Assembly: GCA_963790025.1 (NCBI GenBank) | Contig: CAWBMP010000003.1 | Location: 192,001-256,000 of the forward strand | Source of the DNA: Nitrospirota bacterium | GTDB lineage: Bacteria; Nitrospirota; Thermodesulfovibrionia; Thermodesulfovibrionales; Dissulfurispiraceae | Length of the DNA stretch: 64,000 bases | Direction: 5' to 3' | In this document: positions 28,267 through 37,724 of the stretch, piece by piece | How positions within the stretch are numbered: the stretch's first letter is position 1 | How the letters are laid out: each line of letters starts with the position of its first letter | The notes under the pieces: generated by a model | What the model was told of the DNA's origin: nothing | Databases searched by the model: none | The model's input: only the letters and a program-made list of their open reading frames with translations | Program-made: the position numbers and the translations under genes

Positions 28267-29454
28267 ATGAAAAAGCTGTTTATTTTCTGCACAGCATTTG
28301 TGTTTGCCGTGGCGGTCGGTTGCGCCATGCCCGAGAAAAAAGAGGAAACCAAGGTTTTCTACCCGGAACCTCCTGAATTGCCACGCATTCAGTTTCTCGC
28401 GTCGTTTACAGGGTCAAAGGACATTGAGCCCGAGAAGTCGGCCCTGGATGTCTTTCTGACCGGCAAGGAATCGGGCAGACTCCTGCAAAAGCCGTATGGA
28501 GTTGCCATTTACAATGGGAAGATGTATGTCTGCGACACAATGCAGGGCGTTATGATCTTCGATTTTCAGAAGAGGATGTTAAGGCCCCTGCAGGGCGACC
28601 GCGGGCCCGGCAAGCTGGTGCAGCCGATCAACATCAGCATAGACAGGGCCGGAAATAAATATGTGGCCGACCCTGCCCGCGGACAGGTGGTTGAATACGA
28701 TAAGGACGATTTCTACGTAAGGGCGATCGGGACGCCCGGCGGGTGGAGGCCGGTGGATGCCGCAGTATACGAGGACAGCGTTTATGTGGCCGATATAAAA
28801 AACGCCGAAATAAAGGTGTTTGACAGAGAGACCGGAGCTCCCGTCCGGCAGTTCGGCCAGACAGGAGAACCGAAAGACCGTCTGTCGCTGCCGGCCAACA
28901 TCGCATTTGACCCTGAAGGAGACCTCTATGTTTCGGACATAGGGAGATTTCAGATCGTAAAGTTCGACCGGGACGGCCATGTCAGGGGGACGTTCGGTGA
29001 GCTCGGCTCCGAAGCGGGGCACTTTGCCCGGCCCAAGGGAATCTCTGTCGACCGGAACGGCAATCTGTATGCGGTAGATTCCGCATTCGACGTGGTGCAG
29101 ATGTTCGATAAAGATGCGCATCTCCTGCTTTTCTTCGGCAAGGCTGGGACAGGTCCGGGCGACCTCCAGCTCCCCGCAAAGGTCACTGTGGATTACGACA
29201 ACGTAAAGTATTTTGCAAACTATGCAGACCCAAAGTTCGATATCCAACATATAATTATCGTGACGAACCAGATGGGCGACCGCATGGTCAATGTGTATGC
29301 TTTCGGCAAAGAGAAGGGGAAGAAATACCCCAGCAATGAGGAATTGGAAGCACAGGTAAAAGAGAAGTTCGACAAGCTCAGGAAAGAGCAAGAGGGAAAA
29401 AACAAAGGCAAGGCGGAGGAAGGAACAGACGAGGGCACAAAAAAGTCCGAATAA
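28267..29454 (+). CDS. NHL-repeat beta-propeller lipoprotein
   Basis: Lipobox AVGC; FYPEPPELPRIQFL; NHL units such as GHFARPKGISVDRNGNLYAVD. Confidence 0.9.
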   Translation: MKKLFIFCTAFVFAVAVGCAMPEKKEETKVFYPEPPELPRIQFLASFTGSKDIEPEKSALDVFLTGKESGRLLQKPYGVAIYNGKMYVCDTMQGVMIFDFQKRMLRPLQGDRGPGKLVQPINISIDRAGNKYVADPARGQVVEYDKDDFYVRAIGTPGGWRPVDAAVYEDSVYVADIKNAEIKVFDRETGAPVRQFGQTGEPKDRLSLPANIAFDPEGDLYVSDIGRFQIVKFDRDGHVRGTFGELGSEAGHFARPKGISVDRNGNLYAVDSAFDVVQMFDKDAHLLLFFGKAGTGPGDLQLPAKVTVDYDNVKYFANYADPKFDIQHIIIVTNQMGDRMVNVYAFGKEKGKKYPSNEELEAQVKEKFDKLRKEQEGKNKGKAEEGTDEGTKKSE

Positions 29455-29471
29455 CGGCAGTTTCAAGAACA

Positions 29472-30068
29472 ATGGCAATATGGACAAAAACGGTGTTGCT
29501 GCTCTTCCTTCTGCTCATTGCGGCGGGATGCTCCCGACAGCAAGTGTTGCCTGACCAGTCAGAAAACGTACCGAGCGCGACGAACGGACTATATCGCGTG
29601 TTGGGCTTTTTTATCGATGGATTGACACCGCCTGAAAAGGATAAAGACGCGGGGGGCAAAGTAAGCGCTGAAGCGCCGGGATCGAAGAAAGAGGCGCTAG
29701 GGTACAGGGAACATGGCCCCTATGCAGCTAACCTCTGCGGAGCTTGCCATGTACAGACCGGAAGCAATCAGCTTATTATGCCCGTTGAGGAGCTTTGCCA
29801 GAATTGCCACGTCTTGAATCTCAAAAAGAAAAAGGTCCACGGCCCGGTCGTGACAGGCGGGTGCAAAGTTTGCCATGATCCGCATGCCTCGCCGTACCGC
29901 TTTTTACTTGTGTCCGAATCGAAGGACTTTTGTTATTATTGCCACTCCCGGACGGATATCGAAAAAAGGGAGGTGCACAGGAAAACCGATGTTGGGTGTA
30001 CTTATTGTCACGAGGCCCACGCATCAGACAATGAATACTTGCTGCGAACAGAAGAGGTCGGGAAATGA
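29472..30068 (+). CDS. Pentaheme cytochrome c lipoprotein
   Basis: Lipobox IAAGC; LGFFIDG; CGACH, CQNCH, CKVCH, CYYCH, CTYCH; overlaps the start of the porin gene. Confidence 0.9.
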   Translation: MAIWTKTVLLLFLLLIAAGCSRQQVLPDQSENVPSATNGLYRVLGFFIDGLTPPEKDKDAGGKVSAEAPGSKKEALGYREHGPYAANLCGACHVQTGSNQLIMPVEELCQNCHVLNLKKKKVHGPVVTGGCKVCHDPHASPYRFLLVSESKDFCYYCHSRTDIEKREVHRKTDVGCTYCHEAHASDNEYLLRTEEVGK

Positions 30069-32101
30069 AGCGCATACTGTGGCTTTTCTTTCTGACTGCG
30101 GCAGCGGTTGCGTCCCCCTCCGTTGCCATGTGCGACATGCAGCAGTTCATACCGAGGATCATAGATTACAGCGGGGAGTTCGACATCTATATGCTGCGTC
30201 AGGCAAACGACAATAAAACGACAAGTGCAAGGACATCGACAGTCGATACTTCCGCCATCGAACAGTTCAGGCTTTCTTCGGCCGGGTATATATACCACCC
30301 GGCATTAATAACGTTTCTCGCGAGCGGATCTTTTGGCCTGCTCCAGGACCAGTTCAAAAACAACGGTACTGCGGCTCCCTGGAGCAACACCGATGCCAAC
30401 GAGTATAACCTGACGCTTCATGTTCTCCCTGAAAAACAGTATTCCCTCGACCTGCTCACCTCGCGTTCGGAGCCTTTTGCGAGTACAGGAGCATTCACCA
30501 ATATTCGGCCGGTCACTTACGTCAACAGTGCGACTTTTTACTATCGTGGAAGTCCCATAAACTTTTCCACCGGCTACACCGATACCAGGACCGTATCTGA
30601 CACAACGACAGACTCACGCTTGCTCAACTTTCAGGCCCAACATGGCGTGCAGCACAGCTTCACTTCTGTCGGATATAGCCGCAGCGACAGCACATCCAGT
30701 GCGGGGACCGATTATTCCAGGGACTATTATCTCCTGTCTAATCAGCTGCAGTTCGAGCGGCTGCTCCTGCGCAGCGAGCTCAAGTATGATGACTATAATA
30801 ACAAAGACCTTTTTCAAACCACTGACGGCACCGACAACTCATGGACCGAATATCTGCACCTGAAACTTCCCTGGCGTTTCGAATCGGACCTCACTTACAG
30901 CCGGACATACAGCGATTCAAAGTCCGTGCCCATCGCCAACTCCGCTGCTTCGGCGCCGCAGAAGCAGTCCAATACGAACGATTCGCTCAATGAGGTTTTA
31001 TCGCATCGCCTCGGTGAGAGCCTGTTCACATCATACGCGTACAATGACACTACCAACAAATCTTCGGGTGGACAGTCCGACAACAATAGCAATTCGGTGA
31101 GTGTCTTATACACGAAAAAGATCCCCTGGGGAACATTTACAGCAGGGACCGGCTACACCGTTATGAAGACAGACAATATCGGGTCTGTCATTACGCTGAA
31201 CGAGGTACATACGTCAAAGGCCGATGGAATAGATTCCTTCACCCTGCAGCCCGGCTTGATCGACCCTGCTACGATCGTTGTAGATCTCGTCGCACCCGGG
31301 ACCGGGATCATCTATCCGTTGGTCAATAACGTAAATTACCTGATCGACCATATCGGCAATACGTTCAGGATCACGGTCCAGTCGTTCTTTCTCTTCCCTG
31401 TCCCCGGGTTTACCCCCAATCCGGACATCAATTTTGCATACACCTATAATGTGACCTATAGAAGCACGCAGGGGACATTCGGCCTCCAGACAAACACCAT
31501 CGCCTACAACGCCGGTCTTGCGCTCTTCGCGAACCTTCTCAACCCATATTATAGCCATCAGCAGTCTGACCAGACCTTGGTGTCGGGTTTTTTTCCGGGA
31601 GAGTTATCGAGCTTTACAGTGGACACGGAGGGCATCGTGGTCCAGAAAGCGCCTTTCAGGCTTTCGACAGAATACCAGAAGTATGACTCCGCAAGCAACC
31701 CGAGCAGGACCTGGAGGTCGCGGTTCGACTTCTGGGAGAACATGATGCGCTCGCTGTCCCTTTCGGCAGGGGTTTTCTATAACAAGAGCAACTTTTTGCA
31801 GAGCCAGTCCGGTGCCGGACTGACAAGCCCTTATTCCCAAACAGTGCGCGGGGTGAATGTCTCTGTACAGAAAATATTCCCATGGAACCTGAACCTATCG
31901 GGATCAGGCTATTTTGCGCAAACGACCGGACGCACCGAGTCAAACAACTATTCACTGAACGGGGTGCTAACATGGCGGGTGGGCAGGCTGTCTGTTGATT
32001 TGCAGACGACATATCAACTCGTTGATTCGGTAATTAGTGGTGCAAAACAAACGACTGCCTCAACCATGTACCTGCTCAGGATACGAAGACAGTTGTTTTA
32101 G
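30065..32101 (+). CDS. Large outer-membrane beta-barrel (porin-cytochrome conduit type)
   Basis: Signal peptide, amphipathic Ser/Thr/Tyr-rich strands, GYIYHP near the N-terminus, internal beta-sandwich-like insert, C-terminal YLLRIRRQLF. Confidence 0.8.
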   Translation: MKRILWLFFLTAAAVASPSVAMCDMQQFIPRIIDYSGEFDIYMLRQANDNKTTSARTSTVDTSAIEQFRLSSAGYIYHPALITFLASGSFGLLQDQFKNNGTAAPWSNTDANEYNLTLHVLPEKQYSLDLLTSRSEPFASTGAFTNIRPVTYVNSATFYYRGSPINFSTGYTDTRTVSDTTTDSRLLNFQAQHGVQHSFTSVGYSRSDSTSSAGTDYSRDYYLLSNQLQFERLLLRSELKYDDYNNKDLFQTTDGTDNSWTEYLHLKLPWRFESDLTYSRTYSDSKSVPIANSAASAPQKQSNTNDSLNEVLSHRLGESLFTSYAYNDTTNKSSGGQSDNNSNSVSVLYTKKIPWGTFTAGTGYTVMKTDNIGSVITLNEVHTSKADGIDSFTLQPGLIDPATIVVDLVAPGTGIIYPLVNNVNYLIDHIGNTFRITVQSFFLFPVPGFTPNPDINFAYTYNVTYRSTQGTFGLQTNTIAYNAGLALFANLLNPYYSHQQSDQTLVSGFFPGELSSFTVDTEGIVVQKAPFRLSTEYQKYDSASNPSRTWRSRFDFWENMMRSLSLSAGVFYNKSNFLQSQSGAGLTSPYSQTVRGVNVSVQKIFPWNLNLSGSGYFAQTTGRTESNNYSLNGVLTWRVGRLSVDLQTTYQLVDSVISGAKQTTASTMYLLRIRRQLF

Positions 32102-32153
32102 CGGGTAAACTGCTTCATTTTGTTGGAAGTTTAAATTAAGGAGGAGGAAAAAT

Positions 32154-33209
32154 ATGAGAGCGGTAATTTTGGCGGTTGCACTGGTGCTGTGGGCTTTATC
32201 GGCGCTCGCGGGCATCACGTTTGCGGAAGAAAAAGAGGTGAAGCCGGAGACGCCTGCGGCTGCGGGGGAAAAGAAACAGCCGGTCAGGCTGTCTCAGGAG
32301 GAAGCCGGAAAGATTGTTGCAGCCAGGGTCAACGGAGTCGACATTATGCTCGATTCGGTGATGGCGATGGCGGCCCAGCTCAGCTCACAACTGCCGGCTG
32401 GTCACGGACCTCACGGTCCCGGCCAGGGGCCTGATATTGAAACAGTTCAGAAAGAGGCGCTCAACAGGCTCATATTGCAGGAACTGGCATATCAAAAGGC
32501 AAAGACAGAGGGTATCCAGGTGGAACAGAGCGCCATCGATGAAGTTTTTATGACGATCAAAGAGAAATCAGGCGGTGCAGATGCATTCAAACAGATCATG
32601 GCAAATGAAAAGCTGACAGAAGATGCGCTCAGGGGGCAGATTGCAAGGAACCTTGCGATCGAACGCATTTATGCCAGAGAGATACGGGATAAGAACTTCA
32701 GCGTGCCGCAAGACAAAATGAAAGAAGAATACGAGAAAAACAAGGCCCAGTTCATTCAGCGGGAAAAGATCAGCCTTGTCGACGTCGTTCTTTTCCTGGA
32801 TGTTGCAGACAAGGGGTCTGCCGCAAAGGCGGAAGAGGTCCTTAAAAAAATAAGTGAAAATAATAATGACCCTACGAAATTGGTCCAGGACGGCACCTTT
32901 GCCGTGAGGGACTATGAGCCGAAGAAAGACAGGGACAAGGAGCTGATCGAGGCGGCAAGAAAGCTGAAACCGGGCGACATTTCTGGTATTATAACTACTG
33001 GCGACAGCATGCACATAATAAAGCTGATCGATTATAAGCCCGAAAAACAACTTTCGTATGAGGAAGTGAAGTCTCTTATAGAGCGCAAGCTTGCCGCGGA
33101 TGAGCAGAACCGGAGGGCAAAGGAATGGTTCGAGGGACTGAAGAAGGATGCGAAGATAGAGGTGCTGGTTCATCCGGCAGACGAAAAGAAAGCCGGGCAG
33201 ACGAAATAG
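32154..33209 (+). CDS. SurA/PpiC-type periplasmic chaperone (peptidyl-prolyl isomerase family)
   Basis: IVAARVNGVDI, ALNRLILQELAYQKAK, LKPGDISGIITTGDSMHIIKL, WFEGLKKDAKIE. Confidence 0.85.
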   Translation: MRAVILAVALVLWALSALAGITFAEEKEVKPETPAAAGEKKQPVRLSQEEAGKIVAARVNGVDIMLDSVMAMAAQLSSQLPAGHGPHGPGQGPDIETVQKEALNRLILQELAYQKAKTEGIQVEQSAIDEVFMTIKEKSGGADAFKQIMANEKLTEDALRGQIARNLAIERIYAREIRDKNFSVPQDKMKEEYEKNKAQFIQREKISLVDVVLFLDVADKGSAAKAEEVLKKISENNNDPTKLVQDGTFAVRDYEPKKDRDKELIEAARKLKPGDISGIITTGDSMHIIKLIDYKPEKQLSYEEVKSLIERKLAADEQNRRAKEWFEGLKKDAKIEVLVHPADEKKAGQTK

Positions 33210-33239
33210 TATAAACGCAATACGGAGAATACTGACCGG

Positions 33240-34274
33240 ATGACGAAAATAGGAAAAAAGGGTCCTCTCATACTACTTTTTCTGGCCTTTTTAGCTACGG
33301 CAGGGTGTGCCTCTTCCAAATGGGCGCTCGACAGCCAGGTTTCTGAGAAGCAGCTCTACTGGATGGAGGCGCCAGGGGTGGGAAAGGTCAAGCACTTTAT
33401 GTCCATAAAGGGGTTCGGAGAGACGAACTCTTCGATCCGGACATTTCTCTTCGGCACTGGAAAAAGCGTGCTGGAGCGTCCTGTCGCCTTTGCCTCGGCC
33501 AGTGACGGCAGATTTGCCATTGCCGACGCAGGCGCCCGCTGCGTACATTATTATGTCCCGGCTGAGCAGCGGTATTTGAAGCTGTCGACGCTGGGACAAG
33601 CGGACATTGCTTCTCCAGTGGGTGTTGCGTTCGACGACGAGCTCAGATTGTATATAGCCGATTCTGCACTGGGGAATATCTTCGTTGTCGACAAAAACGG
33701 GGCCTATGTTTCTTCGATTTCCACTGCACTCGGCGTACCGTTGAAACGGCCCACAGGCCTGGCCTTCGATGTCGACAATAAGCTGCTTTACGCAGTAGAC
33801 ACTCTTGCCAACGCGGTCTATGCATTCGATAAAAAAGGCGTGGCCGTATCTTCTTTCGGCCACAGAGGGGACAAGGAGGGAGAGTTTAATTTCCCGACGC
33901 ATCTGTTCTGGTCTCCCGCTGACCTGCTGTATGTCACCGACTCCATGAACTTCAGGATACAGGTGTTCACAACTGCCGGCAAGCTGGTGGCTACCTTCGG
34001 GCACCACGGCGATGGCTCAGGTGATTTTGCCTCTCCGAAAGGGGTGGCTGTCGACAGGAAAGGAGTGATCTATGTCGCTGATATGCTCTTCGATAATATC
34101 CAGTTGTTCGATGAAAGAGGTACTTTCCTTTTGACCCTCGGCAGTCAGGGTATTGAAGAGGGCGAGTTCTGGCTCCCTTCCGGGCTGTATATGGATGATC
34201 ATGAAACATTGTATGTTTGCGACACCTTTAACGCAAGGGTGCAGGTCTTCAAGATCATGGAGGAATTGCCATGA
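33240..34274 (+). CDS. Second NHL-repeat beta-propeller lipoprotein
   Basis: Lipobox TAGC; GEFNFPTH, GDFASPKGVAVD, GEFWLPSGL, DTFNARVQVF. Confidence 0.9.
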   Translation: MTKIGKKGPLILLFLAFLATAGCASSKWALDSQVSEKQLYWMEAPGVGKVKHFMSIKGFGETNSSIRTFLFGTGKSVLERPVAFASASDGRFAIADAGARCVHYYVPAEQRYLKLSTLGQADIASPVGVAFDDELRLYIADSALGNIFVVDKNGAYVSSISTALGVPLKRPTGLAFDVDNKLLYAVDTLANAVYAFDKKGVAVSSFGHRGDKEGEFNFPTHLFWSPADLLYVTDSMNFRIQVFTTAGKLVATFGHHGDGSGDFASPKGVAVDRKGVIYVADMLFDNIQLFDERGTFLLTLGSQGIEEGEFWLPSGLYMDDHETLYVCDTFNARVQVFKIMEELP

Positions 34275-36070
34275 GTACTGATATGGCCGAAGTATTTGAA
34301 ACGCGCAAAAGCCGGCAAGCCGGCATAGCTGCAGGCTTTATCACCCTGTCTCTGTGTTTACTGCTATTGTCCCCCGCTTATGGAGCCAGGCCGAGCATTA
34401 TAAGCACCAAACACAACCTTTCCGTATCAGGTCCCGGCGAGATTAAGGCGCTTACCGAGACGCGCATATGCGTGTTCTGCCATACGCCGCATAATGCCGC
34501 CCCAAAGACGCCGCTTTGGAACAAGGCCATTCAGCCGGTGACTTATGTATTATATGAGAGCGCAACGCTCCGCGCAAAGCTGAAGCAGCCCTTTGGCCCT
34601 ACACGGCTCTGCCTGAGCTGCCACGACGGGACTGTGGCATTGGGCGCGGTCTTGCAGCCTTCCGGGTCAATAGCGATGACATCGGCAACTATTCCCACTG
34701 GAAGGGCCTCGTATATCGGGACATATCTGAGGGGAGATCATCCGGTGGCTTTTTCCTATTACGATTCCCTCAGCAACGCGGAAATCAATCCCAGACTGCC
34801 GTCGTCCCTCGTGTTCTATTACGGCGGCACCGTCCACTGCACGACCTGCCACGATCCTCATGAAGACAGGTACAAGTCTCCCGACAAAACGGGGTTTCTT
34901 ACCGGTAAGTTCCTGCTTGTGAACAACAGATACACTGCCTTGTGCACAATGTGCCACACAAAAAATGGGTGGAGTGCCGGCACCCACGCATTATCAGGCG
35001 CCCAGATAAACGGGGTGCTGCCGGTTGCGCCCAGAAAATGGCCTGCCTGGATGACTGTGGGCGAGTGGGGGTGTGAGGGCTGCCACGTATCGCATAGCGG
35101 CGGCAGCCAGCAATGGCTTCTTTATAATGCCCGGGAAGAGGACAACTGCTATGCATGCCACAAGGGGAATGTGGCCAAAAAGAACATTTATGCGCAGTTC
35201 CAAAAAAGCTCACACCACGCGGTCGAGTATGCGGCCGACGTCCATAGCCCTGTAGAATCTCCGCTTATGATTACCAACCATGTCGAGTGCGACGACTGCC
35301 ATAATCCTCATTCGGTATCGGGCGCCACGGCGAGCGCGCCCTATATCTCCGGACGGCTCACCTGGGTCAGCGGCGTGGATCTTAACGGCGCAGCGGTGAC
35401 TCCGGCTTCATATGAATATCAGATATGCTTTAAATGCCACGCGGATTCTACTCCGTCCATTCTGTTTTCTCCGGGGTACCCCATTCCGCGGGCCATCAGT
35501 ACAACAAACCTGAGAACAAAGTTTAATACCATCAACCCGTCATACCACCCGGTTGAGGGGATAGGCAAGGTCATGAGCGTCCCGAGCATCCCCAGTCCTT
35601 ATACTCCGACGCTTACCGCGACGAGCTCAATTTATTGCACTGATTGTCATGACAGTGACGAAAGCAGTTCGGCAGGTGGATCGGGCCCAAGGGGGCCTCA
35701 CGGCTCGGTCTATCCGCCGATTCTCTTGATGCAGTATACAACGTATGACAATACTATAGAGAGTTTTCAGAATTATGCGCTGTGCTACCGCTGCCACAAC
35801 AGGGACACGGTCCTCTCAAGCCGGAGCTTCAAGAAGCACCAGACGCATGTTATAAACGACCAGGCGCCCTGCTCGGTCTGCCATGACCCTCACGGCGTGC
35901 CGTCTGACGCAGGGGTGACCGGCAGCCATACGCATCTTATCAATTTTAATACCAGCATTGCCAGGCCTGTTTCGGGCCAGGTCTATCCCCTTTATACGGA
36001 CAATGGAAATGGGACAGGCAGTTGCACCCTTATCTGCCACGGCATGACGCATGTGAACCTGTCGTATTGA
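34271..36070 (+). CDS. Multiheme cytochrome c (11 CXXCH plus CX3CH) with N-terminal OmcE-like module
   Basis: SIISTKHNLS / ICVFCHTPHNA / PLWNK / LCLSCHDG / DHPVAF / HCTTCHDPH / LCTMCH, followed by 8 more heme motifs. Confidence 0.9.
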   Translation: MSTDMAEVFETRKSRQAGIAAGFITLSLCLLLLSPAYGARPSIISTKHNLSVSGPGEIKALTETRICVFCHTPHNAAPKTPLWNKAIQPVTYVLYESATLRAKLKQPFGPTRLCLSCHDGTVALGAVLQPSGSIAMTSATIPTGRASYIGTYLRGDHPVAFSYYDSLSNAEINPRLPSSLVFYYGGTVHCTTCHDPHEDRYKSPDKTGFLTGKFLLVNNRYTALCTMCHTKNGWSAGTHALSGAQINGVLPVAPRKWPAWMTVGEWGCEGCHVSHSGGSQQWLLYNAREEDNCYACHKGNVAKKNIYAQFQKSSHHAVEYAADVHSPVESPLMITNHVECDDCHNPHSVSGATASAPYISGRLTWVSGVDLNGAAVTPASYEYQICFKCHADSTPSILFSPGYPIPRAISTTNLRTKFNTINPSYHPVEGIGKVMSVPSIPSPYTPTLTATSSIYCTDCHDSDESSSAGGSGPRGPHGSVYPPILLMQYTTYDNTIESFQNYALCYRCHNRDTVLSSRSFKKHQTHVINDQAPCSVCHDPHGVPSDAGVTGSHTHLINFNTSIARPVSGQVYPLYTDNGNGTGSCTLICHGMTHVNLSY

Positions 36071-36125
36071 AGATTAGATGGAACTGTTTGCCGAATACTT
36101 GCACACATTAAACAAAGGAGTCATT

Positions 36126-36866
36126 ATGAAAAAATCTTTGGTAGTTTTTGCCGCATTGTCTTTTATCGTATTGCCGTTTGCGGGCAGGAGCGCATACGCC
36201 ACTTCTGACGGCGCTTCGGCAGCGCAGCCCGCATCACAACCTTCACAGCCGCAGAGACAGGAGGACTCCTCCCTTTCCGGCAAAGTAGTAGAAACCATGA
36301 CCAGCGGCGGTTACACATACGCCCTTATTGAGAAGAACGGCAAAAAAACCTGGGTGGCAGTGCCTGCAACAAAAATATCGGTCGGTCAGCAGGTATCGTT
36401 CAGGCCGGGAGTGGCCATGGGTAATTTTGAGAGCAAGACGCTTAATCGCAAGTTCGACAACATAATTTTTTCTACGGGGCTGCTTGGCCAGGCGCCTATG
36501 GCCCATGGCACTGAAATTTCTTCGGACAAGCAGACTGCCGGGACCGCTACCGCTAAAAAAATAAAGATAGAGAAGGCCCAGGGGCCGAATGCTTACACTA
36601 TAAATCAGCTCGTCAAAGACAGTGCCAGACTTGACAAGCATCCGGTAATCGTCAGGGGGGAGGTAGTCAAGGTTTCCCAGAAAATAATGGGAAAAAACTG
36701 GGTCCATATAGTTGACAACAGCGCCACGGACCATCTTGTTGTCACCTCGCAGGATTTGCCCAAGGTGGGAGATGTCGTTACCGTAAGCGGCACTCTTCAT
36801 AGAGATAAGGATTTTGGCAGCGGCTATAAGTATGCGGTGATCATCGAAGATGCGTCGATTAAATAG
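36126..36866 (+). CDS. Periplasmic tandem OB-fold protein (NrfJ-like)
   Basis: Start MKKSLVV after AAGGAG; LSGKVVETMTSGGYTY...WVAVP, IMGKNWVHI, DKDFGSGYKY. Confidence 0.65.
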   Translation: MKKSLVVFAALSFIVLPFAGRSAYATSDGASAAQPASQPSQPQRQEDSSLSGKVVETMTSGGYTYALIEKNGKKTWVAVPATKISVGQQVSFRPGVAMGNFESKTLNRKFDNIIFSTGLLGQAPMAHGTEISSDKQTAGTATAKKIKIEKAQGPNAYTINQLVKDSARLDKHPVIVRGEVVKVSQKIMGKNWVHIVDNSATDHLVVTSQDLPKVGDVVTVSGTLHRDKDFGSGYKYAVIIEDASIK

Positions 36867-36873
36867 CTCTATT

Positions 36874-37662
36874 CTAAAACTGTTTCATGGCAGGATGACA
36901 TCGTACACAATCGTCCAGGGGAAAGGCGACTCTGAGATGGCAAACTCCACAAGACTCCCCCCTGATCATGTAACTCATCCGCAGGCTTTCAGTCGTCTTT
37001 TTCTTTATGTTGAAAAGATCGGGATGGCAGCTGGAACAATCGAGCCATAACTCGTGTGTCTTATGGGGGAAGATCGCGGAAGATATACCGCTCATCTCTG
37101 CCTGAAGCGTAAGGGTCTTGATGTTGACCAGCTCCTTTTTTCTGTCTGAAAGGCTGTCGGCCGGTTTTATGACGCCATCTTCCAGGGCCCTGGACCAGTT
37201 AATCTCATTGCCGTATTTAGCGGGGGGCAGCGTTTTCTGGAGTGCCCTGAATTTTGTCCATTCAGAGCTTGCATTGAACCCATGGCAACCGGTGCAATTT
37301 ATACCGGTCGCATCTTTTGGAGCAAAAGAAATCTTTCCGTTATGGCAGGTTACGCAGTACTTACCGCCCATCCGTCCGTTGTCGCAGACGATAGGGGTCT
37401 CTTTGGCCCTCATCGAGAACTCAAGCTCATAATGGCAGACCCTGCAGGTATATTTGATCCTGTGTATCCAGTGAGGAAATCTAACGGCCCCCAGGTTTTC
37501 GGCAGCAGAGGCCCCACCCATAAAAATATCGCCATAAGTTTCAGGAGACGGCATTGGGGGGAGTCCAAACATACTCTGCCCAAAGGAGCTACCCGATTGG
37601 GCGCACAATAGTTGCACAGGAAGGACGATAACTGCTAATACGAGGAAAAGAGATTGCTTCAT
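36874..37662 (-). CDS. Hexaheme cytochrome with two c7-type triheme domains
   Basis: FPHWIH..CRVCH, CVTCH, CTGCH; FPHKTH..CSSCH, CGVCH, CVRCH. Confidence 0.9.
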   Translation of the reverse strand: MKQSLFLVLAVIVLPVQLLCAQSGSSFGQSMFGLPPMPSPETYGDIFMGGASAAENLGAVRFPHWIHRIKYTCRVCHYELEFSMRAKETPIVCDNGRMGGKYCVTCHNGKISFAPKDATGINCTGCHGFNASSEWTKFRALQKTLPPAKYGNEINWSRALEDGVIKPADSLSDRKKELVNIKTLTLQAEMSGISSAIFPHKTHELWLDCSSCHPDLFNIKKKTTESLRMSYMIRGESCGVCHLRVAFPLDDCVRCHPAMKQF

Positions 37663-37724
37663 CTTTAATAATTATACATGATTTTGCAGATATGTGTTGT
37701 CCCCACTTTAGGCTCACGCCCTGC

